Source: Squalus acanthias (Eukaryota). From it: DNA of 64,000 nucleotides. The number at the start of each line of letters is the position of its first letter. The stretch's first letter is position 1. The stretch spans positions 141,734,001 through 141,798,000 of the forward strand of contig CM059431.1 of the NCBI GenBank assembly GCA_030390025.1, read 5' to 3'. A model generated the notes under the pieces. The model made no database searches. It saw only the letters and a list, made by a program, of their open reading frames with translations, and was not told where the DNA came from. Shown piece after piece: positions 11,053 through 25,121 of the stretch. The position numbers and the translations under genes were made by a program.

Positions 11053-14000
11053 GGCCTAGATATTGGGCCGCGCACTGCCGGTTATCGAGCTCCTGCGGCC
11101 AATATTGTGGGCAGGAAGCGCACTCGCATTTCCAGCCTGAATTGTGGATCGGGCATTGCTGTGCTGTCGGGAGATCACACCAGTATAATATAAGAGTGAA
11201 AATATTATGTAAATGAGGGTCCAGTGCTTCCTGCTGGACCCTTTCCCGCTTTGGGTATGCTACACCATCTCACACCACGTGCTGAATCCGCCCAGCAACA
11301 CCTGGCGCAAACCGGCAGGAAGGACCCCTGACCAGCGCTATTGAAAGGAATCATGGGGAACTTACAGTTTGGTAATTGCCTTGTCGGTTCAGGCAGCTGC
11401 TTAACTTCTGGGCGTTTCTTGCTGTGTTTATCATTCTGGAAATTTTGCTTTGTCGAAAAAGAGCAAGATGCTGCTGATTTTGCACTGATGTTGACTCACT
11501 CATAGATAGTTTGACTGCAGTCATGAGTGGTGTCATAGGACTGCCTTTGGGACTGAAGAAGGAGCAGAGAACAGCGGGGAATAGGGCCGAGAGCGGCGAG
11601 GAATAGGGCCGAGAGCGGCGAGGAATAGGGCCGATGGCGGCGGGGAATAGGGCCGATGGCGGCGGGGAATAGGGCCGAGGGCGGCGAGGAATAGGGCCGA
11701 GGGCGGCGGGGAATAGGGCCGAGGGCGGCGGGGGGGACAGGGCCGAGGGCGGCGGGGGGCACTCCACAGAAGGCCATGCCCACAGCGAGTATTCGGGGGC
11801 CATTTCCCCGACATTAACCGGAACTTGGATATGTACATGAGGGGAAAGAAACAGATAGCTATGCTGATGGGGTGAGATGGTACGGTGGGATGAGGCTCGT
11901 GCGGAGCAGATACACCGGCACAGACCTTTTCGACTGAATTGCTTGTTTCTTTGCTATAAATTCAATGGTATTTCTATGTAACGTCACTGAGGCGCCTTCA
12001 CTTCACCAAGGGGGCAGTCATCGAGCTATGTCACCTGCTGCAGACACAAGGGCAGCACTGCCTGTGGCCATCAAAGTCACTGTGGCCCTTAACTTCAAAA
12101 CCATGGGCAACTTTCAGGCTGTAGCAGGTGACACCAGTGATCTATCAGAGTTAGCAGTCCACTGCTGTATCAGGGAGTTCACTGAGGCTCTGTACCAGGA
12201 TGCACACCTATATGTCCATATGGAGAGAGCGAAGCAGGATGAGAGAGCACTAGGCTGCGTCCACATGACAGGTTTTCCCAGGGTGCAAGGTACCATAGAC
12301 AGCCGCTACCTTGCCTTGAGTGCTCCCCATCACCAACCTGGCATGTTGATCAAGCGTAAGGGAGTTCACTCCCTCAACGCATAGTTGGTTAGTGACCACA
12401 GGCAGCACGTCATACGGACCTGTTCCCATTATCCTGGGAGCAGTCATGACTCTTTCATCCTGCGCCAGTCCTCTATGAAACCTTTAATCAAGCCAGGCCC
12501 TCAAGTTTCAGGCTGGTGCTTGTCGACGAGGACTAGTCCCTCTAGACAGGGCTCACTACTGTCAGGGACCCAAGCACAGCTGCAGCTCTGGCCTACCATG
12601 AGAGTCATGCCATCGTGAGAAACCTCACAGACCAAACAATCGAGCACTGCTACATCCCTAAGCTAATGTTCAGATTTGTTTTCGTCTGCTGCATTTTGGA
12701 AATCATCGCCATCGTGAGGAGCAACGAGAAGTGCTCAAGAAACAAGTGGAGCACAAAGAGCGGAAGGAGGAGGAGAGGCATCGATCACAGTGCCCCGAGC
12801 TGAGTCAGCTCTCAGATCAGTTCATCGAAGAATGTTTCCTCTAAATCATCACTCCCATTCCCAATACACCAAATGTCCCACAATCCTTACCACCGCGCCT
12901 ACTACCACCATCCTGTGGCCTTCCTTCAGTCCAGCCAATGGGTCCGGCCCTCACTCCACTACACAGATCAACACCAACACCAACTTCAGAACAATAAACA
13001 CTTTCATCAAACAATGCCAGTGCATCTCAATGTTATAGTTAACAGAAATAATTAAGAATCAACCTTGTGCCAGCTCTTTGGCCGGAATTTTGCCGACACT
13101 CCGAGTGCGGGTTTGGAGGCGGGTCCGCGGTCAAAAGCACAAAGATTGACCGGGTCAGTATCCCGCTGTAAACCCGCCTCCTTGTCAGTTTCCCAAGTGT
13201 CGGATCTTTCATCCCTGAACAGACCCGACACCAAGCGGCGGGTCAGCCAATTTAAGTACTTAAAAGCTTGTTAAAAGGTAGTTAAGCATCATTTCCCCAT
13301 GTACTTACCATTTGACCAGGTTTTTAACGAGGTTCCCGGAGAGCGGGCATCACGTCAGGTAAGTATGTCGTGTTCTCAATGCCTCTCCATTGCTGAGTAG
13401 GTGACAGATGCCAAAGTGGTACAAAACCTACCATTTCACAGCTGTTCATTTCACAAACTTAGAAGCTGGAGCCTTCATGATTTGAGACCCACTTTTGTGC
13501 TTTATGCAGTTAGGAAGTGTTTGAAGTAAACTCTCTATCCACTGTCACTTCCTTGGATCAAACTCTCACCATTAACAGATCGCTTCTGTCATCTCAACTT
13601 CAGCTGCCATCTATTCCAGCAGCATCGGTACCCTTGACAAAATCTCACCTTGGTCCTCAGAATCCCACCACGATCAGCCTCAACACCAGCAGCACCAACA
13701 ACAACATCAACCTGCTCCGCAATAACCTGCTCTGCACAGGACACACAGCATCAGCACCCGAGCACATTGCTGCCAGGGATGGACTCACCATGGCCAGATT
13801 TACTACACTTAACACTGTACACCCTGGCTACCACTTGATGCGCCATGCTGGCACTACCACACACCAGCACCATTAAACATCTCTACAATCTCCAAGCCAT
13901 TGCATTCACACTCATCAGCATTGTGGGGTTACCGTTATATCTGGCCATTCACTGCAACTCACTGAGCCAATTCCAAAGGTGCAGACAATTCTGTCCAAGA

Positions 14001-14331
14001 ACGCAAAGTGTTGAAAATAAAGATTTCAATGTTTCACAGCACATCACCACAAACTTCACGTGAATATTTGCTAAAGTACCCGGAGAGAACCTTTACAAAG
14101 TGTTGGTTACCTTTTAAGTCGCGTCAGGGAGGCCCGGTATCTACCACCCACCCCGGCCAGAAGAAAACACAAGCGCATAGCCAGTGAATAGTACGGGTAG
14201 CGCTAACTGCACCACTGGCTCATTACAATCAGAACAAATCATACCTGCTGCCTGAGTCAACGCTAAGAGGCATGTGCAGTGCACGCTCCGTCACTGCACG
14301 CCCGTTTTCAGACCCGATCAAATTCTAGGCC
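11053..14331 (+). mobile_element. PIF/Harbinger DNA transposon remnants including a decayed HARBI1-like DDE nuclease (about 11990-12720)
   Basis: ALPVAIKVTVALNF...GFPRVQGTID...KRKGVHSLN*LVSD...YPGSSHDSFILRQS with stops and frameshifts. Possible termini ggcctagatattg (11053) and caaattctaggcc (14331). Boundaries uncertain, probably nested pieces. Confidence 0.75.
11575..11760. repeat. 21-bp GC-rich minisatellite (gaatagggccgagggcggcg[ga])n
   Basis: About 8-9 tandem copies visible. Confidence 0.92.
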
Positions 14332-14744
14332 ATGCAGTCTGTATGTGCAGCACCACTCAAACACTGTTAGTATTTTCTGAACCAAAATTACAGCAGGAAA
14401 ATTCTGAGAAGCAGAATAAATCCACTTGATCCAAACAAGTCTGTATCTGTAACAGTGAAGATCTCACCTGGCATTCTAGTCAGTGTCTCCACAAACACAT
14501 CTACTTGTCTCCCGGTCCCATTTACACTGCCCCAAATGCCCTTCCCTGTTAACTTGATCCCCTATTCTATTACCCTTTGGGTGAAATATGTTTATTCCAT
14601 TAAAAAGCGGAATCCCTTCAAATTCAATACACTGACGTCGCTTCAGTAAAATAAACTAATCCCATTTCCTCGACCTTTGCTCATCTTAAATTCCTGATCC
14701 CCTTAATCATCTTTTTTAATTCCATTCCATTCCTAGTCTAATAT

Positions 14745-17700
14745 ATAGAGGCCTGGCAGGGCAGCTCAGACCCGCAGAGTTCACATCCTGTGCCATGTGG
14801 ATGTCCTGGACGCTTCGCGTAGCCTGGACGTCCACGTGTGCAGGAAGTGTCACCAGCTCCAGCAGCTCGAGATCCGTGTTACAGAGCTTGAGCGGCAGCT
14901 GGAGTCACTGCGGTGCATCCGCGAGGCTGAGACCTTCGTGGATAGCACATTTCTGGAGGTTGCCACCCCGCAGCTTAAGAGTGTGCAGGCAGAGAGGGAA
15001 TGCGTGACCACCAGACAGAAGAGGAGAACGAAGCAGGTAGTGCAGGAGTCCCCAGAGTGCATCTCGCTCTCCAAGCAGTATTCTGATCTGAGTACTGGTG
15101 AGCGATATGGTTCCTCTGGGGAATGCAGCCAGAGTCAAGTGCAAGGCACCACTGGCGGTTTAGCTACACAGCGGGGCGGGGGTGGGGGGGGAGATGAAAA
15201 AGAGTGGAAGATCAATAGTGGTAGGGGATTCGATAATTAGGGGAGCAGACAGGCGTTTCTGCAGCCGTAGACGTGACTCCAGGATGTTATGTTTCCTCCC
15301 TGGTTCCAGCATCAAGGATGTCACTGAGCAGCTGCAGGACACTCTTTAGAGGGAGGGTGAACAGCCAGAGGTCGTTGTCCATATTGGTAATAACGACATC
15401 GGCAGGAAGACGGATGAGGACCTGCAGGCAGAGTTTGGGGAGCTAGGAGACAGATTAAAAAGCAGGACCTCAAAGGTAGTAATCTCCGGATTACTCCCGG
15501 TGCCACAGGCTAGTGAGTAAAGGCTTAGAAGGATAGAACAGATGAATGCGTGGCTGGAGAGATGGTGCAGGAGGGAGAGCTTTTGATTCCTGAGGCATTG
15601 GGATCGTTTCTGGGGAAGGTTGGACCTGTACAATCTGGATGGCTTAAACGTCATGGGCACTAGCACTAGCATATAGAAGTAGAAAAGAGGAAAAATGTGC
15701 ATGAAAGAGTGAGCGTGTTGCATAGTACTAGAGAAGAAAGTAGTACTAGAGGCGGAAGTAGTACCGTATTAGATAGGAGCAGACTAAGAAAGACTACGAA
15801 AAATTCAAAAATGGGTTTAGAATGCATGTACGCAAATGAACAAAGTGTGGTGAATAAGTTTTGTGAGCTCCAAGCACAATTCGCCGTGTGGCAATATGAT
15901 GTGGCAATTACGGAAACTTGGCATGCAAACGGTGAGCACTGGGCACTTAATATTCAAGGGAACCAGGTGTTCATAAAAGATAGGGAAGGGAAAAGGGTGG
16001 TGCAGTGGCAGTGCTGATTAAGGAAGACATTGTAGTGTTGGAAAGGGAGGATGTTCTTGAGGGGACAAGGACAGAATTAATTTGTTTATAGTTGAGTAGC
16101 AAGAAGGGTATGATCACGCTATTGAGGTTATTCTATAGGCCTCCAAATAGTGAGAGAGGTGTAGCGGAGAAAATCTGCAGGTAAATCGCAGAGATATGCA
16201 AGAGCTATAGAGTGGTGATATTGGGGGACTTTAATTGTCCAAATATCGATTGGGAGAATGCTAGGGTAAAGGGAATGGAGGGGGAGGAATTTCTGAAATG
16301 TGTTCAGGAGAATTTCCTTGACCAGTATGTTCTTGGCCCAACTAGGAAGGAGGCATTGCTGGATCTGCTGCTGGGGAATGAGGTGGGCCAGGTCGACCAA
16401 GTGTCTGTGGGAGAACACTTGGGTACGAGTGATCATCGTATCATGTGTTTTATATTAGCAATGGAGAGGAGCAAGGAACAATCTAGAGTGGAACTTCTAA
16501 ACTGCAATACGGCCAAATTCAATGGGATGTGAAAGGATCTAGCCAGAGTAAAATGGAATCAAAAACTGCCAGGAAAAACTGTAACGGAGCAATGGGTGAT
16601 CTTTAAGGAGGAGATGTTCCAAGTACAGGCTAGGTACATTCCCAGCAGAGGGAAGGTTGTGGGAAACAAAGCAAGAACTCCTTGGATGACGCTGGAGATA
16701 GAGAAGATGATGAAACAAAAAAGAGGCTGTATGGTGCACGTCAGGTGAATTCTTCAAGGGAGAACCAGACGAAATACAATAACTTGAGAGGGGAAGTGAA
16801 GATGAAAGGAGGATTGGCAGTGAGTGAATATGAGAGTAGAATGGCGGTTAACATAATAAGAACCCCAAAATCTTCTACCGGCATGTAAACAGTAAGCGGG
16901 TAGTAAGAGGCGGGGTGGGGCCTATCAGCGACAAAGAAGGTGATATATGCTTAGAGACGCAGGGCAAAGCTAGAATACTCAATGAGTACTTTGCATCGGT
17001 GTTTACTAAGGAGGTGGATGCTGACAAAATAACGGTAGGAGTGGAAAAGTTAGAAGCAATGGAAGGGTTGAAAATTGATAGACAGGATGTAGTAGAATGG
17101 CTGGGTATGCTTAGAGTGGATAGGTCGCCAGGTCCAGGTGGCTTGCATCCCAGATTGCTAAGGGAATTTGGGGAGGAGATAGCGGAAGTGCTTGCCATAA
17201 TTTTCCAATCTTCCCTAGATGCGGGGGAGGTGACTGAGGATTGGAAAGTGTCAAATGTGACACCATTGTTCAAGAAAGGTTTAAGGACAAACCTTGTAAC
17301 TACAGGCCGGTCATTTTAACATCAGTGATGGGTAAAGTTTTAGAAACAATAATCAAGGAAAAAAATAATGGGCACTTGGAGAGGTTTAAGCTAATTAAGG
17401 AGAGCCATCACGGATTTGTAAAAGGTTGATCATTTTTGACTAAACTACTTGTATTTTTTGATGAATTAACAGAGAGGATTGATGAAGGGAATGGAGTGGA
17501 TGTTGTCGACATGGATTTTAGGAAGGCGTTTGACAAAGTATCACATAGAAGGCTGGTTATAAAAATTGAGGCTCATGGAAAAGGTAGTTCAGTGGCAGCA
17601 TGGATAAGGAATTGTCTTCAGGACAGAAAACAGCGAGTTGTGGTAAATGGGTGTTTTTCAGACTGGAGGATGGTAGACAGTGGTGTTCCCTAAGTGTCAC

Positions 17701-18680
17701 TGCTGGGGCCACTGCATTATATATCTAAATGAGCTGGATATTGGAATACAAAGTAGAATTTCTAAATTTGCTGATGACACCAAAATTGGGGGGTGTGTGG
17801 CAAACTGTCAGGATGATACCAATCGAAAGCATCAGGACATAGAAAGGCTAGCCGAATAGGCAGACAAGTGGCAGATGGAATTAATACAGAGAAGTGTGAG
17901 GTGATGCATTTTGGCAGAAGGAACAGGGAGAGGCAATGTAAACTTAATGGCATAGTTTTAAAGAGTGTGCAGGGACAGAGGGCCCTGGGAGTTAATGTGC
18001 ATAGGTCCCGGAAGGTGGCGGGACATATCGAGAGTGGTTAACAAAGCATATGTTATCTTGGGTTTCATAAATAGAAGTATTGAGTACAATAGTAGAAAAT
18101 AAATGCTGTATTTTTATAAAGCACTGGTTAGGCCACAACTGGAGTATTGTGCCCAGTTCTGGTCAACACACTTTCGGAAGAATGTGAAGGCCCTTGAGAG
18201 GGTGCAGAGGAGATTTACCAGAATGCTTCCGGGGATCGGGGATCTTAGCTCAAGGACAGATTGGAGAAGCTGGATTTGTTTTCATTAGAGCAAAGGAGGT
18301 TGCGGAGTGATTTGATAGAGGTGTACAAGATTATGACGGTTTGGGATAGGCTAGACGGGGAAAGGCTGTTTGATGGTACAAGGAATAGAAGACACAGATT
18401 TCAGGTTTTGGGCAAGAGTAAAAAGGGGGGAAGTGAGGAACAACCTTTTTATGCAGCGAGTGGTGAGGACCTGGAACTCGCTGCCGACGGAAGTGGTGGA
18501 AGCGACACACTCAATGTTTTCAAAAGAGACTGGATAAGCACTTGAGGGAAATAAACTTGCAGGGCTACGGGGATAGAGCGGTGGAATGGGACTGACTCGA
18601 TTGCTCTGCAGAGAGCCGTCACGGACTCGATGGGCCAAATGGCCTCCTGCTGTGCCGTTATGACTCTATGACTATGACTC
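14745..18680 (+). mobile_element. Near full-length decayed CR1 LINE (ORF1 zinc-finger/leucine-zipper + SGNH esterase; ORF2 APE + RT)
   Basis: HVCRKCHQLQQLEIRVTELERQLESL; VVGDSIIRG..CFLPG..VVVHIGNNDIG; VILGDFNCPNIDW; DFRKAFDKV; RPQLEYCAQFWS; 3' tail tatgactctatgactatgact. Confidence 0.9.
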
Positions 18681-18729
18681 ATCCAATCGTAGCAAAATAA
18701 TCGAATATCATGGACTTTCTTCTCTACCC

Positions 18730-19780
18730 GCTCCCGCACAGTTACCAAGGATCTATCCTTGGCCCCCTCCTGTTGATGATCTACATTCTGCCCCTTGGCG
18801 ACATCATCCGAAAACACAACGTCAGATTCAACTGAAAGAGATCCAGCTCTACCTCACCACCATCTCTCTCAGGCCCTCCACTCCTCTGATGCGTCACGCA
18901 GCTTGTCCGACATCCAGTATTGGCTGAGCAAACACTTCCTCCTGTTAAATATTGGGCAGACCAAAGCCATTATCTTTGGTCACGGCCACAAACTCCATTC
19001 CCTAGCCACGCACTCCATCCCTCTCCCTGGCAACTGTGTGAGGCTGAACCAGACTGTTTGTAACCAATGCATCCTATTAGATCCTGAGCTGACCTTTCGC
19101 TCCCATACACACTCCATCAACAAGACCATCTACTTCCAACTCAATAACATTCACTGTCTGCTCCCCTGCCTCAGCCCATCTAATGCTGAAATCCTCATCT
19201 ATGCCTTTTTTATCTCCAGTCTCAATTATTCCAACACGCTATGCCTTGCCAACCAACAACGTTCTATCCTCTGTAAATTTGAGCGTATCCAAAACTCTGC
19301 TGTGCCTCTCGGAACTCGCACCGAGACCCGTTCACCCCTCACCCATGGGCTCACTGACCTACTTTTTCTCCGGTCTGGCAGAGCCCTGATTTTGAAATTA
19401 TCATCCTTGTTTTCAATCCCTCCATGACCTCACCCATCTTTATCTCTGCAATCTGCTCCAGGCCTACAACCCTCCGAGATCTCTGCACTCCTCAATTTTG
19501 AACTTTGTGCAACCCTGATTTTCACCCCTCCAATTTTGGCGGCTGTGTTCTCAGCAGCCTCGGCCCTGAACTCTGGAATTCCCTCTCCAACCCCTATCCA
19601 CCTCTACTTATCGCCTTTTCACTCGTAAAGTCTACCTCTTTGAACAGGCTTTTGGTCACCCGTTCTAATATCTCTTTATTGGGCTCGGTGTTTCATTTTA
19701 TCTAAATACGCTCCTGCAAAGCCTCTTGGGACGTTTGTATTAAGTTAAACGGGCTATATCGATTCAAGTTGTTGTTGCTA
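18730..19780 (+). mobile_element. L2-clade LINE 3' fragment
   Basis: GSILAP...LSDIQYWLSKHFLLLNIGQTKAIIFG...AEILIYAFFISSLNYSN; ends ctatat...caagttgttgttg. Confidence 0.8.
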
Positions 19781-19879
19781 TCCCCTTTTTACCTTCACAA
19801 TAGTATTTACATTTCCCTGTGACATGTTAAACGGAAATGTATAGAATTTCCCAAGAGCTCACCCAAGTGCTGATCAAAT

Positions 19880-20135
19880 AATTGGGGAACATCAGTACAT
19901 TGTAAACCTGTCCCTCTCTCAGTGCTGCCCAATCAGTACATTGTGAGCCTGTCCCTCTCAGTGCTGCCCAATCAGTATATTGTGAGGATGTCCCTCTCTC
20001 AGTGCTGCCCAATCAGTACATTGTGAGCCTGTCCCCCTCTCAGTGCTGCCCAATCAGTACATTGTGAGCCTGTCCCTCTCTCAGTGCTGCCCAATCAGTA
20101 CATTGTGGGCCTGTCCCTCTCTCAGTGCTGCCCAA
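19880..20135. repeat. ~40-bp minisatellite (cagtgctgcccaatcagtacattgtgagcctgtccctct[ct])n
   Basis: About 6 tandem copies visible. Confidence 0.92.
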
Positions 20136-20547
20136 TTCCCGATTTGCTATTTGTACAAAAGCTCAGCTCTGCTGGGTGGGGGGTTCAATCATTTATCCAT
20201 TATAACCACTACAGCCATATAACCAGAATCACCTGTGGATTTGTAATGAGATGTCTGCAGTACATTGTGCGACAGATAGTATTCACCATCAGAGGGAACA
20301 TTTCACCTTCACCCAGCTCGCCTTGTTAAGTAAATATTAGTGTCCCATGTTGATTTGAAACTTCTCTCAGAAAGTTCCTGTCAACCAAGGTTCTCCATGA
20401 AATGTTGGTTTTCGTTTTCTAACTGTCCTTGATTAAAATATCGAAGTCGATCCTGTTACGTTTTACTGAAAAGCAGAGCAGTATATCGGAGCTTTCTTTT
20501 ACAATATAATGAACATTGAAACCACTTTCTGTCTGTTCTAATTGAAG

Positions 20548-22282
20548 ATGTTCAACAGAAACACAAGGAAACACTCCGGGTACAAACTGAAACACTGAGA
20601 GTGAACACTATCCTAATAAAGGAGAAGGTTAAGGTTTTCCAGCTGGTTGATCGATACGCTGAGCTAACGGTCATTTCTACTGTTCGAGATCGGACACTTG
20701 TAGAACATGAACTGTTGGCAAGAGGCCGAGACCATGAAGAGTGGAGAGAGAAACATCTCCAGAGAGAACTGGAAAAAATCCGAACTGATCAATTGTTCAT
20801 GAGCTGTTTTTCCCGGAGAAAATCCAATTCTGGGAGTTCAGGAGCAGTGAGCGGAGTCCCGGGGATTGGAAAAACAACAATGGTACAAAAGATTGTTCAT
20901 GACTGGGCCACAGGGAAAATATACCCACACTTTCAATTTGTTTTCAGCTTTAAATTCCGGGATTTGAACTTTATTAACTGTAGAATAAACCTGAGGAATC
21001 TGATATTGGATCTGTATCCTTACTTTGGGAGAATTCTGGGAGAGCTCTGGAAGAACCCAGAGAGATTGTTGTTTATATTCGATGGTTTGGATGAATTCAA
21101 GGACAGGATCGATTTTGCTGACAATCGGAGAAATACAGAACCTCAGTACATGTGCACAGATCCCGAATGCTGGTGTGAAGTGTCTGACATTGTGTACAGT
21201 TTAATACAGCACAAGCTGCTCCCAGGATGTTCAGTGCTAGTAACCAGCCGCCCCACTGCATTACATTTATTGGAAAAGGCTGAGATCAGTGTCTGGGCTG
21301 AAATCCTGGGATTTGTTGGTGACGAACGGAAGGAATATTTCAACAGGTTTTTTGAAGATCAGACGGTGGCAGCAGCAGTTTTTAAACACGAGGAGAACGA
21401 GATCCTGTACACAATGTGCTACAACCCTTCCTACTGCTGGATCCTCGGTCTGTCACTGGGTCCCTTCTTTACACAAAGAGACAGAAAACAGCAGCGAGTT
21501 CCCAAGACCAGCACCCAACTATATTCCTACTATATCTACAACATTCTGAAAAACCATGGCCGAGAGATTGAAAGCCCCCGTGATGTGTTACTGAAGCTTG
21601 GTGAGATGGCCTTCACAGGAGTCTCCGAGAAGAAGATTGTGTTTAGAAATGGAGATTTGATCAAATACAATCTGCAACCTTCCCAGTTCCTGTCTGGGTT
21701 CATGATGGAACTTTTGGAGAGAGATGATTCTGTCCAGAGCGTGGTGTACACATTCCCGCACCTCACCATCCAAGAGTTTGTAGCCGCACTCGCACAATTC
21801 CTGACTCCAGATCCCGGGGACATCCGGAAACTCCTCAGAGAAGCCCACAGCAAGGAAAATGGGCGATTTGAGATATTTCTCCGTTTTGTTGCTGGTCTCT
21901 CCTCCTCACAGTCAGCTCGGCCCCTGGAGGAGTTTCTTGGTCCATTTCTTCATCAAACCACCTGCCGAGTGATTGATTGGGTGAAGGAGAAGGTTGAAGG
22001 ACAGATTGGAAACACAGAGAGTGAAACTGATAAAAGGAACCTCCTGAACACATTCCACTACCTGTTTGAGTCTCAGAATAAAGCACTGGCTCGGGCCACA
22101 GTGGGATCTGTGAAAACACTTACATTTCGTGGATTGAGATTGACCCCGATTGACTGTGCGGTCATGGCTCATGTCATTGGACTCTGTGATACAATAAAAG
22201 ACCTCGATCTGCATAACTGCTCCATTCAGTGTGAGGGACTCCAGCGGCTGGGACCCGTACTGCACAAATGCGTGGTTTTGGG
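20548..22282 (+). CDS. NLR gene large exon: FISNA-like region + NACHT NTPase + HD1/WH/HD2 + first LRRs (NLRC3/NLRP3-like fish NLR)
   Basis: 561-aa ORF with Walker A GVPGIGKT, Walker B LLFIFDGLDE, sensor-1 VLVTSR, winged-helix FPHLTIQEF, HD2 FEIFLRFVAGL. Acceptor ttctaattgaag|AT, donor GG|gtaact. Confidence 0.96.
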
Positions 22283-23199
22283 GTAACTGTTTATTTGTCT
22301 CTAGCTTTTGGGCGAATTGAGGAACAGTCACGGATTGTGTTGTTGCTCCGTAATGTAGGGAAACAAACAGTTCAGTTAAACCAGAGGGAAGCAGATGAAA
22401 CATAAATATGACCAATAATAAGAGGATCAGTCTGTAATTCCCTAAGGACTGGAGAATCTAGAACAAGTAGGGATTTTACAGTCTTTATCGGATCAGCAAA
22501 TACAGGTCATTGAGAGACTGATAATTTAAATACAATAAATCGTATTTAATAAGGCTGGATAGCAGAATGTAAACATCAAATATAATCCAGCAGTAAAGAT
22601 AAAATTACTTTAAAATATTTTCCACATCCACCATTTCAACTGGAAACAGGAGAGTAACCCGAGTTTATGTCAGGAACAGATCGATATTTACTCCAATACC
22701 GTGCAGGGTGTGTCCTGTCCAGGGGTTAGTTTCCTGAATTGGGAAATTTGGGGAATCTGGAATTCTTTCAGCTTTTCATATTTACAACTATACACAGTCC
22801 TGAACATTGAGTAAAGATTGTTATTCAGGATCTTATATCTGCCGGAAAAAAGATTCCAATCTAACGTGTTGTGGGGCATTATCCCCGGAGTACAGACACA
22901 CACCGGCCAGCGGTGGGGCCTCGCACACAGCGGGCGGCTCCTGGGTAAACCGGGGGCAGTGAACCCGGGAATTCCCCATAATCCACCCCCTGTGTGAGGC
23001 CACGCTCGGGGAGGGAACTACCGTAAATTCCCCAAAAACTGTCGGGCCAGTTACACCTGAAATAAATATAGTGCCAGTTTAAAGGGGAATAAAGTGAGAG
23101 GCTCCCTTCCCCTATAAACTAGGAGCACAGGGACATTTAAAATTGTAACGGGACAGAATAAACTCCATTACTGCTATTGAGAAATATTCACTATAAACC

Positions 23200-24720
23200 A
23201 AAAGCAAAATACTGCGGCTGCTGGAATCTGAAATAAAAACAGAAAATGCTGGAAATACTCAGCAGCTCAGGCAGAATCTGTGGAGAAAGAAACAGAGTTA
23301 ACGTTTCAGGTCGCTGACCCTTCCTCACCGTTCTGACGAAAGGTCATCGACCTGAAACGTTAACTCTGTTCCTGTCTCCACAGATGCTGCCTGACCTGCT
23401 GAGTATTTCCAGCATTTTCTGTATTCACTATAAGCCCTCTGACTCCCACAGCTACCTGGAATACACTTCCTCCCACCTCCCTTCCTGTAAGGACGCTGGT
23501 TCATTCTCCCAGATTTTCCCTCTCTGCCGCATCTGCTCTGACGATGCCAGGTTCCATACTAGTGCTTCCGACATGTCTTCCTTATTTCCTCAACCGAGAT
23601 TCTCCTCTACCATGGCTGACACGGCTCTTGACCGTGTCCATTCTATTTCCCGCACTTCTGCTCTCACCCCTTCCCCTCTTTCCCGGAACCACGATACGGT
23701 TCCCCTTGTCCTCACCTTTCACCCCACCGGCCTCCGCCATTTCCACCACGTCCAGCGTGATCCCACCACCAAACATATGTTCCCCTCACCTCCCCTTTGA
23801 GCATTCTGAAGGAACCGCTCGCTGCTGCACGACACCCTGGTCCACTCCTCAATCACCCCCCAACATCCCTTCCCCTTCGCCCGGCAACTTCCCATGCAAG
23901 CACAGGAGATGCAACACATCCCCTTTTACTTCCTCCCTACCCACTGTCCAGGGCCCCAAACACTCCTTCCAGGTAAAACAGCGATTTACTTGTACTTCTT
24001 GCAATTTAGTATACTGTATTCACTGCTCATGATGCGGTCTCGTCTACATTGGGGAGACCAAACGCAGATTGGGTGACTACTTTGCGGAACACCCCCATTC
24101 AGTCCGTAAGTGTGACCCCGAGATTCTGATCGCCTATCCCTTTAATTATCTGCTCCACTGTCACTCTGATCTCTGCGTTCTCGGCCTCTTACATTTTTCC
24201 AACAAAGTACAACATAAGATCGAGGAACAGCACCTCATCTTTCAATTAGGCACTTTAAAACCTTCTGGACTCAACATCGAGTTCAACAATTTCAGACTAT
24301 AAACTCGGCCCATATTTTATTTTTTTCATTATTATTTTTCCTTTTCCCTTTTTTTTCTATTACATGACGGCTGTTGATGATTCTGCCATTGCTATTCACA
24401 CCTCATCTAGCTTCATCTTTTATTCCTTAACTTGTCCCATTACCATCTCCTTTTGCCTTGCACCATCATCACTTTTGTCTTTTAATCTCTCCTGTCTTCC
24501 ACCCTATCACAGAACTTCCCTTTTGTTCTTTCCTCCGCTTCCCCCCCCCCCCTGCCCTCCACCTTTCCCTGCCCTTACACTTGCTTTAAAATCTGTTACA
24601 TCTGTAACTTTTTCCAGTTCTGACGAAGGGTCCTCGACCTGAAACTTTAACTCTGTTTCTCTCTCTATAGATGCTGTCTGACCTGCTGGTATTTCCAGCA
24701 TTTTCTGTTTTTATTTCAGG
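23200..24720 (+). mobile_element. 5'-truncated Penelope-like element with inverted terminal-repeat pair at its 5' end
   Basis: Head-to-head terminal repeats 23200-23423, then YKPSDSHSYL...FQVKQRFTCTSCNLVYCI...LKPSGLNIEFNNF and a direct terminal repeat at 24610-24720. Confidence 0.9.
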
Positions 24721-25121
24721 ATAAATTCTCCTTGTTATATAAAATCCTGGGGGACGGATTTTACAGCAGCAGTTAGCGTTTCACAATATAACTCACCCCA
24801 AGATATTAGCCAGATTAATATAATGCACAGCGTATATAGTACAGGGAATCACCGCTATATCATTTTATTCAGGGAAAATCGCCGCATTCCTATAAAATCC
24901 GGGATATAAGGAGCAGCATAAATGAGTAAAGTTTTCCCAAACATGACGGAACCAGTCACTGAGCTCCAGGAGGGTAATTCTGATCATCCGGGAATGAGAT
25001 CGGACAGAGGGACATTTAAAGGCGTCACACAGACAGCACTTTACTTAATAATTACATTTACGGACAGTCCCTGAATATATGATGAGTTGGACAGAGTGAG
25101 ATTCATTCACAGTGACAGGAA

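Noticed and set aside
11351..11838. Pro/Arg-rich ORFs in three minus frames
   Set aside because: Translation of the 21-bp minisatellite.
11965..12618. Host HARBI1 gene
   Set aside because: In-frame stop, frameshifts and degraded catalytic motifs; intronic transposon fossil.
20601..22286. Stand-alone single-exon 561-aa gene as given by the ORF track
   Set aside because: Starts at GTG and runs into a splice donor; it is an internal exon (20548-22282).
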